Notes under the pieces: generated by a model | The model's input: only the letters and a program-made list of their open reading frames with translations | Databases searched by the model: none | What the model was told of the DNA's origin: nothing | Shown: one piece after another, positions 28,367 through 37,433 of the stretch | Layout: each line of letters opens with the position of its first letter | Position numbering within the stretch: position 1 is the stretch's first letter | Virus record (IMG/VR): IMGVR_UViG_3300042294_002897 | Location: 1-56,040 of that record | Origin: a virus | Lineage: Duplodnaviria; Caudoviricetes | Strand: one strand, 5' to 3' | DNA: 56,040 nucleotides | Position numbers and translations under genes: made by a program

Positions 28367-29458
28367 ATGTGCAAATGTTGGAACGCTAAACTATTAAATA
28401 TATCTCAAAATATAATCACAGTTACATACATGAGATGTGGTGATACATTGATAGTTGATGAGATGTGGCTTTATCCTGGCATAGTTAAAAATGTTTGGTA
28501 TGTTAACATATTATCTACCCCAAGTGAAAATCTTCAAATCTTGGACCCCATATGTTTTCCACAAGAATCATTAACACCAACACCTAGTATACCACCTACA
28601 TTAACTCCCACTCCTTCTATAACCGCAACTATAACTAAAACACCAACATTAACACCAACAATCACACGAACACCTATACCAACTCCAAGTATAACCCCCA
28701 CATACACTCAAACACCTACAATAACACCTACAATAACGCAAACTTTAACACCAACCAAAACGCCAAGGGCTACCAACTCACCGACACCATCTATAACAAT
28801 TACTATAACAATGACTAAAACACAAACACTTACACCATCCATATCTCCCACAAACACACAAACATCAACAGTTACTCAAACACCTCCAGCAAGTGTAACA
28901 CCAACGAAAACACAAACACCAACAATTACGCAGACTCCTACTAGAACGTCATTCCCAACTAACACTCCTACTCAAACTCTAACAAATACACCAACAAAAA
29001 CACAAACACCAACAATTACGCAGACTCTTACAAGAACATCATTCCCAACTAACACTCCTACTCAAACTCTAACAAATACACCAACAAAAACACAAACACC
29101 AACAATTACGCAGACTCTTACAAGAACATCATTCCCAACTAACACTCCTACTAGAACTCAAACTCCAACAAATACACAAACAAATACGCAAACACCAACT
29201 CAGACACAAGTGTCTTGTTATTGTTACACTTATAACACACCAGATGCTGGTAGTGAAGATGTCCTTAATTATACTGGATGTACAGTTGAAGAAAATAGTA
29301 TTGCTATAGCAGGCGACCCATCAGGTACATTCTGTGCAATAAAAGATAATATAGTTTTAATTTATTCAGGTCAAACTTATGGTCCACCTACTTGGGATGG
29401 ATTTATTATTGAAGGATCAAATTGTATACCAAGTGGTGGGACTTGGAATTGTCCTTAA
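28367..29458 (+). CDS. Mucin-like Thr/Pro-repeat protein with Cys-containing terminal domains
   Basis: About 215 aa of TPT/TQT repeats between an N-domain (TYMRCGD..WY) and a C-domain (CYCY..C..FCA..CIPSG...CP). Confidence 0.8.
   Translation: MCKCWNAKLLNISQNIITVTYMRCGDTLIVDEMWLYPGIVKNVWYVNILSTPSENLQILDPICFPQESLTPTPSIPPTLTPTPSITATITKTPTLTPTITRTPIPTPSITPTYTQTPTITPTITQTLTPTKTPRATNSPTPSITITITMTKTQTLTPSISPTNTQTSTVTQTPPASVTPTKTQTPTITQTPTRTSFPTNTPTQTLTNTPTKTQTPTITQTLTRTSFPTNTPTQTLTNTPTKTQTPTITQTLTRTSFPTNTPTRTQTPTNTQTNTQTPTQTQVSCYCYTYNTPDAGSEDVLNYTGCTVEENSIAIAGDPSGTFCAIKDNIVLIYSGQTYGPPTWDGFIIEGSNCIPSGGTWNCP
28898..29152 (+). repeat. 90-bp near-perfect coding tandem repeat, about 2.8 copies
   Basis: Units start at 28898, 28988 and 29078 ([13 protein letters not shown][PL]TRTSFPTNTPTQTLTN). 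Confidence 0.9.
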
Positions 29459-29548
29459 TTTTAGTAATTTGTATTTTTTTGATTTTAAAAACAAATCAAA
29501 ACCATTTACAAATAAAAACATGTAAGTATTTTTTTTTAAAAAATTAAT

Positions 29549-30814
29549 ATGAAAATATTTGTACAAATAGCGTCTTATAGAGATCCTGAATTAATTAAAA
29601 CAATAAAAAGTTGTATAGACAATGCAGATAAGCCAAATAATTTAGTTTTTGGTGTTGCACGTCAATTTCACCCAGAAGATAAATTTGACGATTTATCTGA
29701 ATATATGTTGGATGATAGATTTAGAATATTAAATATTCCTTATACCGAATCTAAAGGAGTTTGTTGGGCTAGAAATCAAGTACAACAATTGTATAAAAAA
29801 GAAGAATATACACTTCAAATAGATTCACATATGAGGTTTGCCAAAGGTTGGGACACTGAAATGATTTCTATGATTAAACAACTTCAAAAAAAGGGATACA
29901 AAAAACCATTATTAACCGGTTACGTCTCATCATTTGATCCTGATAGAGATCCTGCTGCTCGTGTTCAAGAACCTTGGAGAATGGTTTTCGATAGATTTAT
30001 TCCTGAAGGTGCCGTGTTTTTTTTACCTGAAACAATACCAAATTGGCAAGAATTAACTGAACCAATTCCTTCAAGATTTTATTCAGCACACTATGCCTTT
30101 ACACTAGGTAAATTTAGTAAAGAAGTTCAACACAATCCTGAATATTATTTTCATGGTGAAGAAATATCTATAGCTGCAAGAGCTTATACTTGGGGATATG
30201 ATTTATTTCATCCACACAAAGTTTTAATTTGGCATGAATATACTAGAAAAGGAAGAACCAAACAATGGGATGATGATGGAAATTGGGTACAAAAAAATAA
30301 CGTATCTCATGATATAAATAGAAAATTATTTGGAATGGATAATATTAAACAGGAAGGGCATGACGGTCCATATGGTTTTGGTAAAATAAGATCTCTAAAA
30401 GATTATGAAAAATATTCAGGATTACTCTTTGAAAAAAGAGCAATACAACAATACACTTTAGATAAAAATTATCCTCCAAATCCGTATAATTACGAAACTG
30501 AAGAAGATTGGAAAAATGACTTTGCTTTAGTGTTCAAACATTGTATAGATATTGGGTATCAACAAGTACCAGAAAAGGATTACAATTTTTGGGTAGTGGC
30601 GTTTCATGATGAAAATGATGAGACAATTTACAGAAAAGATGCTGATACACATGAAATTGCACGTATGATGAACGACCCAGATGGGTATTGTAAAGTTTGG
30701 AGAGAATTCCAAACATCTCATAAACCAAAATACTGGGTTGTATGGCCTCACTCAGAATCTAAAGGGTGGTGTGATAGAATAACTGGACAGTTAGATTATT
30801 CAACCGTAAGTTAA
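29549..30814 (+). CDS. GT60-like polypeptide alpha-GlcNAc transferase (Dictyostelium Gnt1/Gnt2-like)
   Basis: IFVQIASYRDPEL; G.CWAR....LY..E.Y.LQIDSHMRF..GWD (DSH motif); F.GEEI....R.YT.GYD.F.P....WH.Y.R. Confidence 0.85.
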   Translation: MKIFVQIASYRDPELIKTIKSCIDNADKPNNLVFGVARQFHPEDKFDDLSEYMLDDRFRILNIPYTESKGVCWARNQVQQLYKKEEYTLQIDSHMRFAKGWDTEMISMIKQLQKKGYKKPLLTGYVSSFDPDRDPAARVQEPWRMVFDRFIPEGAVFFLPETIPNWQELTEPIPSRFYSAHYAFTLGKFSKEVQHNPEYYFHGEEISIAARAYTWGYDLFHPHKVLIWHEYTRKGRTKQWDDDGNWVQKNNVSHDINRKLFGMDNIKQEGHDGPYGFGKIRSLKDYEKYSGLLFEKRAIQQYTLDKNYPPNPYNYETEEDWKNDFALVFKHCIDIGYQQVPEKDYNFWVVAFHDENDETIYRKDADTHEIARMMNDPDGYCKVWREFQTSHKPKYWVVWPHSESKGWCDRITGQLDYSTVS

Positions 30815-30829
30815 TTATTTTAATAATTA

Positions 30830-32185
30830 GTGATAAAATTAATAAGTTTCGATTTAGACGGAGTTCTTGTAGAAACAAAACATATTCATTATTTAGCCCT
30901 TAATAATGCTCTAGGGTCTTATGCAATTTCATGGGAAGAACATTTATCAATTTATGATGGTTTAAAAACCAAACAAAAGTTAGAATTACTACATAAGAAT
31001 AAAGGACTTCCTGAAAGTCTTTTTAATGAAATTTGGGTTAATAAACAAAAATTAACTTTAGAATATCTTTCTGATATCAAACCAAATTATAATATTTGTG
31101 AATGTTTTAAATTACTACAAGAAAAAGGTTACAAAATTGCAGTATGTTCTAACAGTATACGTAAAACCGTATATTCGATTTTATGTAAATTAGATGTTAT
31201 TGATTATGTAGATGTTATTAAATCAAATGAAGATGTAAAAAATAGTAAACCTCATCCTGAAATGTATTGGAATGTAATGTCTGAACTTGGTATAAAACCA
31301 CACGAAAATTTAATTTTAGAAGACTCACCATATGGACTTATTGCCGCAAATTCAAGTGGTTCTCATGTTTTAAGAATTAAATCACCATCAGACATTAATA
31401 TAAATTATATTTTAAATGAGATTAATAAGATTAATAATGTAAATTTTAAAATAATGAAATGGAAAAACCAAAATATGAATGTGTTGATTCCTATGGCTGG
31501 TGCGGGATCTAGATTTGAAAAAGCTGGGTATACTTTTCCAAAACCACTAATTGATGTAAAAGGCAAACCTATGATTGAACTAGTAGTTAGAAATTTGAAT
31601 ATAGAAGCAAATTTCATTTACATAGTTCAAAAAAGTCATAGAGAAAAATATAATTTAGACGTATTACTCAATTTAATTACACCAAACTGTACAATTATAG
31701 AAGTTAACGGAATTACAGAAGGAGCTGCTTGTACAGCCCTCCTTGCTAAAGAATATATTAATAATGACTCACCTTTATTTTTTGCAAACTCAGACCAATT
31801 TGTAGAATGGGACTCTAGTGAATTTATGTATAAGATGCAAGAAACAGACTGTGATGGAGGAATAGTAACTTTTGAGTCCACTCACCCAAAGTGGTCTTTT
31901 GCTAAAGTAAATGAATTGGGATTAGTAACTGAAGTTGCGGAAAAAAATCCAATATCAAATATTGCTACTGTTGGTTACTATTATTGGAAATATGGATCTG
32001 ATTTTGTAAAATATGCTGAAAAAATGATAGATAAAAATATCAGGGTAAACAATGAATTTTATGTCTGTCCTGTTTTTAATCAAGCAATAGAGGATAATAA
32101 ACAAATCAGAATATTTAACGTACAAGGTATGTGGGGGTTAGGTACCCCAGAAGATTTAAATTATTATTTAGAAAATTTCAAATGA
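30830..32185 (+). CDS. HAD phosphatase fused to sugar/polyol-phosphate nucleotidyltransferase
   Basis: FDLDGVL..CSNS..KPHPE..EDS..G; then NVLIPMAGAGSRF..PKPLI..T.GAA.T..NSDQ..EK..YV.PV.N..GTPEDL. Confidence 0.85.
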   Translation: MIKLISFDLDGVLVETKHIHYLALNNALGSYAISWEEHLSIYDGLKTKQKLELLHKNKGLPESLFNEIWVNKQKLTLEYLSDIKPNYNICECFKLLQEKGYKIAVCSNSIRKTVYSILCKLDVIDYVDVIKSNEDVKNSKPHPEMYWNVMSELGIKPHENLILEDSPYGLIAANSSGSHVLRIKSPSDININYILNEINKINNVNFKIMKWKNQNMNVLIPMAGAGSRFEKAGYTFPKPLIDVKGKPMIELVVRNLNIEANFIYIVQKSHREKYNLDVLLNLITPNCTIIEVNGITEGAACTALLAKEYINNDSPLFFANSDQFVEWDSSEFMYKMQETDCDGGIVTFESTHPKWSFAKVNELGLVTEVAEKNPISNIATVGYYYWKYGSDFVKYAEKMIDKNIRVNNEFYVCPVFNQAIEDNKQIRIFNVQGMWGLGTPEDLNYYLENFK

Positions 32186-32625
32186 TTTTAATTTCACATC
32201 GAGGTAATATCAATGGTCCAAATAAAATAAGAGAAAACTCTCCACACTATATCACAGAAACATTTACTTTGGGATATGAAGTTGAAGTTGATGTTTGGTT
32301 TGTTGACGGTAATTTTTATTTGGGACATGACGCACCTCAGTATCAAATTGAGATAAATTGGCTAAGTGATAGAACGCATAAGTTATGGGTTCATTGTAAA
32401 AATATAGAGGCTATATCGTTTTTTAATAAAAATAGTCATGACTTGAATTATTTTTGGCACGAAAAGGATACAGTTACATTAACATCTAAAGGATACCTTT
32501 GGGTATATCCTGGAAAACAACCAATTAAAAATAGTATTGCGGTATTACCAGAAATATACAATGATCCCATAGAATTATGTTATGGAATATGCAGTGATTA
32601 TCCTCATAAATTTTTAAAAAAATAA
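32182..32625 (+). CDS. GDPD-like (PLC-like phosphodiesterase fold) small protein
   Basis: Start ATG 32182 overlaps the upstream TGA. ISHRGN..EN; EVDVW; LGHD; W.HCKN; GICSD. Confidence 0.75.
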   Translation: MILISHRGNINGPNKIRENSPHYITETFTLGYEVEVDVWFVDGNFYLGHDAPQYQIEINWLSDRTHKLWVHCKNIEAISFFNKNSHDLNYFWHEKDTVTLTSKGYLWVYPGKQPIKNSIAVLPEIYNDPIELCYGICSDYPHKFLKK

Positions 32626-32626
32626 A

Positions 32627-33499
32627 ATGGAACTAAATAACTTTTTGACTTTTATAATGTATACAAATCAAAATTACATCCCAATTGCTAAAATTGCATT
32701 GGATGGTTTTTTTGAAAACTGCGGAGATCAACAAATTAAAAAATACTTGGTCAGTAATGCTTTTAATATAGAAACTAAACATTTAGTAGAAAATTTTGAT
32801 ATAGAATTGTTTGATTCAAATGTTCCATTTTCAGATGGTGGATACCATTATGGTAAAACAATTTTGAATTTATTAGATAATATTGAGACTGACTATGTTA
32901 TGATTTTGTTAGACGATTATGTTGTTACTAAACCAATAAAATGGGATAATATTAGAAATTTAATAAAAGTTATGTCTGATCAAAAAATTGATTATTTTTC
33001 GTTTATGAGTTATAGTTATGATTGGTCAGAACTAGATATAAATTACACAGACTATGGTTTAGAAAATCAAAAATTGATGATTTTTGATAATAGTTATTTT
33101 TATATGTATTCAGTCCAACCATGTATTTGGAAAAGAGAATCTTTAAAAGAGTTTTTACAAAAAAATCAAAATTTGGCATTACATAATATGGACACATCAA
33201 ATATTTTAAATAAAAAAGGAATGTCACGAGGTTCTAATAACGGTGAATATTATCAAGATAAAGAATTTTATGACTATAATTTTAAAAATGTTTGTTTCAA
33301 AAAACATAGTTTGAATACCAATTACGCTTTTGATGAACACAATGGAGAAGATGATTATTTATTTTTTTTATATTCAGAAATAATTAGATGGGGTAAGTTT
33401 AATCTAAACACACATCAAAATAACAAAACTTTTATTAATAAATTATTTAAAAAATATAACATATCTAAAGAAAGTTCATACTATAACAGATTTTTATGA
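32627..33499 (+). CDS. Putative glycosyltransferase (GT-A-like)
   Basis: L..IETDYVMILLDDY; S.QP.IW.R..L. Confidence 0.55.
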   Translation: MELNNFLTFIMYTNQNYIPIAKIALDGFFENCGDQQIKKYLVSNAFNIETKHLVENFDIELFDSNVPFSDGGYHYGKTILNLLDNIETDYVMILLDDYVVTKPIKWDNIRNLIKVMSDQKIDYFSFMSYSYDWSELDINYTDYGLENQKLMIFDNSYFYMYSVQPCIWKRESLKEFLQKNQNLALHNMDTSNILNKKGMSRGSNNGEYYQDKEFYDYNFKNVCFKKHSLNTNYAFDEHNGEDDYLFFLYSEIIRWGKFNLNTHQNNKTFINKLFKKYNISKESSYYNRFL

Positions 33500-34134
33500 A
33501 AAAAATAATATCATTTTGTTTGTATGGGGATGATCCGAAATATCTGAACGGAATGATTTGCAACTTAGAGTTAGCAAAAATAATATACCCTAATTGGATA
33601 TGTAGAATTTATTGTTCAACGTTATTGAGTTCAAATTTTATATCATATTACAAAAACTATGAAAATTGTGAATTAGTTTTCAAAGAAGAAATAGAGGATT
33701 ACCCGTCTATGACTTGGAGATTTTTAGCAATAGATGACCCCGATGTTGATGTAATGTTAAGTAGGGATAGTGATTCAAGATTATCTTATCGTGAAAAAAA
33801 ATGTGTTGATATTTTTATGGAATCTGATTACCTATTTCATGACATAAGAGACAATGTAAATCATTCTGATGTAATGGGTGGATTATGGGGTATGAAGAAA
33901 AATGAAAGATTAATCATGTCAGACGAATTACAAAAATGGAATCATGGTAACTATTATGGATCTGATCAATTTTTTATAAGAAAAATTTCTCAAGATTTTT
34001 TTGAAAATTCACATTTAACACATTGTTCTCACTTTATTAAAAATTTTCCTCTTACTGACCCTTCTAATTACTGTGTCGGTGAAGTTTTTCCTGGAGATAA
34101 CTATAATAAACCTATAAATCATATTTGGTACTAG
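33496..34134 (+). CDS. Putative glycosyltransferase (paralog of 17620-18291)
   Basis: ISFCLYG; MTWRF; SRDSDSR; H.IRD; MGGLWG; DQ.F. Confidence 0.6.
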   Translation: MKKIISFCLYGDDPKYLNGMICNLELAKIIYPNWICRIYCSTLLSSNFISYYKNYENCELVFKEEIEDYPSMTWRFLAIDDPDVDVMLSRDSDSRLSYREKKCVDIFMESDYLFHDIRDNVNHSDVMGGLWGMKKNERLIMSDELQKWNHGNYYGSDQFFIRKISQDFFENSHLTHCSHFIKNFPLTDPSNYCVGEVFPGDNYNKPINHIWY

Positions 34135-35055
34135 ATGAAAATTTTAATACAACATAATTGGGGAACTGGATTGGGGGATTTTTATTGTGCTGCTACTGAA
34201 TATACAAATTTTGTTAATTTTTTTAAAGAAAAAGGATTTAAAACAGAATTAATTTTAAGTTTTAATCCCCCAATCGAAAATAAATTTATAGGATTTACTG
34301 AATTTGAAAAAATTTTTGATATTAATTCTTTCAAAGTTTTTGATGATATATCAGTAAGAAGATATACTATAAAAGATCAAACTATTGGAGATTTAAAGTA
34401 TATTGCAACACAATACGGGCCTGGACCAGGACAACATTGGTGGGATATCTATTTAGATGAAAAACCAATGGACTACCCAATGACTCCAAATTATAATACC
34501 GATAGAGTTATAGAGATTGCAGGGCAAGGTCAAATAAATACGTCAAAACCAAATATTCTCCCTAAATTTAATCACGAAGTTTACACCAAATGTGATAAAT
34601 TTTTTACAAAAATTCCTGAAGATTGTCAATTTTTACATATTAGATATGTAGATTGGCACAGACGAGAAACTCAAGAATTAAAAAATATTGTTAGAGATCT
34701 CAAAACTTTTATAATAAATAAAGGTGGTAATTTCCATGTTGGTACAAATAATCAGTATATTTTAGAAAGTTTAGCAAAAATCGATAATGCCCATACGTAT
34801 GAATATTCAAATATAAACATATTACCTAACGATCATACATATTATTGGTTTAATAAACACATCTCGGATGAGATATTATTAGATAGATTATATGATAATT
34901 TGGCAGAAATGGTAAGTTTGACAAGACCTAAAAAATTTTATCAATTATCAATTTTAGGATGGCACTCTAATTTTTTATACTACGGACTCATTAATAGATC
35001 GACTGAATTTGAATTCGAAAGAATACATTTAAATTATCCAATTGACAAAGAATGA
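34135..35055 (+). CDS. Putative GDP-sugar/fucosyltransferase-like GT-B protein
   Basis: N-terminal GLGD; FLHIRYVD (HxR.xD); C-terminal S.F. Resembles GT11/GT23 motifs. Confidence 0.5.
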   Translation: MKILIQHNWGTGLGDFYCAATEYTNFVNFFKEKGFKTELILSFNPPIENKFIGFTEFEKIFDINSFKVFDDISVRRYTIKDQTIGDLKYIATQYGPGPGQHWWDIYLDEKPMDYPMTPNYNTDRVIEIAGQGQINTSKPNILPKFNHEVYTKCDKFFTKIPEDCQFLHIRYVDWHRRETQELKNIVRDLKTFIINKGGNFHVGTNNQYILESLAKIDNAHTYEYSNINILPNDHTYYWFNKHISDEILLDRLYDNLAEMVSLTRPKKFYQLSILGWHSNFLYYGLINRSTEFEFERIHLNYPIDKE

Positions 35056-35915
35056 AAGTACAAATTACGTTTGAAAACCCGCACACCGATTGGGCGACTT
35101 TACATGTGTATAACAGATATTACAACTGGTTTGTAACTAATCATACTACAATTGAAACTATTTATCAAAATAGTGGTAGAATGGTAAATAGGAATGTGTG
35201 TGGGCCTTATTCACCACATATTATGACTGTCAGAAATTTAGAAAATTCAAAATATTTTTTAATTTCATATTGGGACAATGCCGCTTCTCTCATGACTTCT
35301 TATCATGATTGGGATACGGAAAATTGTCTTGGTTTAATAACATCTTCTGGAGTATATGGTAATTTAGAACACATACCTTTCTCATATACTTGTTATGGTG
35401 TTAATTTTGAGAACTTATCTTCACAAAAAACGTTAAAAAAAATAGAAGAAAAACCAAACAATGAATTAAAATTCAGAGGAACTTTATATGGTGAAAGACT
35501 TTCTATGTCAAAAGCACACCCCGAAATTTTTTTGGAACATAGGGGATTTGATCCAGACTTTTATATTCAAGAACTATACGATTCAAAAATATGTTTAAGT
35601 CTTAATGGCGCTGGTGAAATTTGTAATCGTGATATGGAAATTTTATCAGTCGGATCTGTATTACTTAGACCTGAATTATCTCAAACTTTTCATGACCCTC
35701 TTATACCAAATTTTCATTATTTATCAGTTCCAAAAGTAACTAATCCCGAGGAACAAATTAATCTTTTGATTGAAAAGTATGAAGAAAATATACATAATTT
35801 AGAATTTTTAAATTATATTAGTACTAATGGTTACAATTGGTTCAAAAAAAATGGTACAATAGATTCTAATGTAGATATTTTAAAAAAACTAATAGATTTA
35901 AACAAATTATCTTAA
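35052..35915 (+). CDS. Putative glycosyltransferase (GT-B C-domain; GT47/GT90-like)
   Basis: F.G..Y..R; Y..EL..SK.CLSLNG.GEIC.RD.E....G..L; L.P..HY. Confidence 0.55.
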   Translation: MKVQITFENPHTDWATLHVYNRYYNWFVTNHTTIETIYQNSGRMVNRNVCGPYSPHIMTVRNLENSKYFLISYWDNAASLMTSYHDWDTENCLGLITSSGVYGNLEHIPFSYTCYGVNFENLSSQKTLKKIEEKPNNELKFRGTLYGERLSMSKAHPEIFLEHRGFDPDFYIQELYDSKICLSLNGAGEICNRDMEILSVGSVLLRPELSQTFHDPLIPNFHYLSVPKVTNPEEQINLLIEKYEENIHNLEFLNYISTNGYNWFKKNGTIDSNVDILKKLIDLNKLS

Positions 35916-35917
35916 TT

Positions 35918-37423
35918 ATGCTTTCTAAAAAAATTCAAAAAATTTTATCAGATTTTAAAGTAGATAAAAAATATTGGAAATATTCTAATTTAACAAACGA
36001 AGAACAAGAGCTCCGTAGGTCAAAACCTACTCCATATTTAAAATGTACTATCGAAATAGCTAAAGAACTAAATTTAAAAAATGTAGTGGAATTGGGTTCG
36101 TCAACTTATGCTGTGACTCAAGGATGCTTAGATTATTTCTATAACTTTAATAACTCATTTTTATCACCACAATGTTGTATTGATGGTCACAGTACCTTTT
36201 TTTTTACAAAGGAAGATTTTAATGTTTATAGCGTTGATATTGATGAAAACAGAGTAAATAGTGTTTTATGGGGTTATAATAATTTAAACATTAGTGTTCC
36301 TGATAATTTGAAGTTGTACATTCCTATGGATGCTTTTGAGTTTGTCGAAAATTTTAATCAAACTATTGATCTGTTATATCTAGATGCTTGGGAAATTGGA
36401 AGTCCAAATTGTGCTGAAAATTATTTAAATTTTTTTATAAAAATACAAAATAAGTTAGCACCAACTCATTTAATTTTAATAAATGATACAGATTTTGTTC
36501 ATACAATTCGAGGTAAAGATCATTTACTAACTCCATACTTGATTGATAATGGTTATAAATTACTATTCAATGGTAGACAGACTTTGTTTTTAAAAGAACA
36601 AGAAAATAATTTCCAAGAAAGTTCAATTATAAAAATTGATACTGAAGAGTCTCCTAAAATATTAATTAATGATAGGTTAGTCATTTTGACAATGTCTACT
36701 ATTCCAAATAGATTAAATTCTATTCATACAAATGGTGGGTTAAAACCAGTTTTAGATGTTTTATTAAATTTATCATATAGTAACTATGAATTACATTTAA
36801 ACATACCCTATTATAATGTTAAATCTGGTCAGGAATACATAATACCGAGTTGGTTAGAAAATTATGATAATAATAAATTGAAAATTTTTAGAACCGATGA
36901 TTATGGTTCTATAACTAAACTTATACCAACAATTGATAGAATTTCAGATCCCGAAACAATTATAATAACCGTCGATGATGATTTAAATTATATGGATGGA
37001 TTTATAGAGTATCATTTAATTAAAAGAAATGAATATTCTGATTGTGCAATAGGTTTTGCTGGCATGGGTGCTATAGATGGTACATGTCATTTTTGTACTA
37101 CTATGAATAAAGATGTGAGAGTTAAAATTTTAGAAGGATATAAAACTATTTCGTATAAAAGATCTTTCTTTGATACTGATTTTAAAGATTTTGCAATTGG
37201 AAATTGGAATGATGATATGATTATTTCTGCATATTTGGGAAAAAATAATATAAAAAAATATGTTATATCATATAGTGGTGATACTGATTTTAACCCTAGA
37301 GTAGAATCTTTTCCAATACTAGGTCATATTGCAAATGAATCTGGCGGATGTTCTTGGTTTCGTACGGAATCTGTCCCTGACAACCATAACATTTATTATA
37401 AACTTGGGTATTTGGAGCGTTAA
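35918..37423 (+). CDS. Class I SAM methyltransferase fused to GT-A-like domain
   Basis: VVELGS; SVDID; IDLLYLDA. C-part STIP.R..D.G..TKL..IITVDDD..NDD..IS. Confidence 0.75.
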   Translation: MLSKKIQKILSDFKVDKKYWKYSNLTNEEQELRRSKPTPYLKCTIEIAKELNLKNVVELGSSTYAVTQGCLDYFYNFNNSFLSPQCCIDGHSTFFFTKEDFNVYSVDIDENRVNSVLWGYNNLNISVPDNLKLYIPMDAFEFVENFNQTIDLLYLDAWEIGSPNCAENYLNFFIKIQNKLAPTHLILINDTDFVHTIRGKDHLLTPYLIDNGYKLLFNGRQTLFLKEQENNFQESSIIKIDTEESPKILINDRLVILTMSTIPNRLNSIHTNGGLKPVLDVLLNLSYSNYELHLNIPYYNVKSGQEYIIPSWLENYDNNKLKIFRTDDYGSITKLIPTIDRISDPETIIITVDDDLNYMDGFIEYHLIKRNEYSDCAIGFAGMGAIDGTCHFCTTMNKDVRVKILEGYKTISYKRSFFDTDFKDFAIGNWNDDMIISAYLGKNNIKKYVISYSGDTDFNPRVESFPILGHIANESGGCSWFRTESVPDNHNIYYKLGYLER

Positions 37424-37433
37424 AACAATTTTT

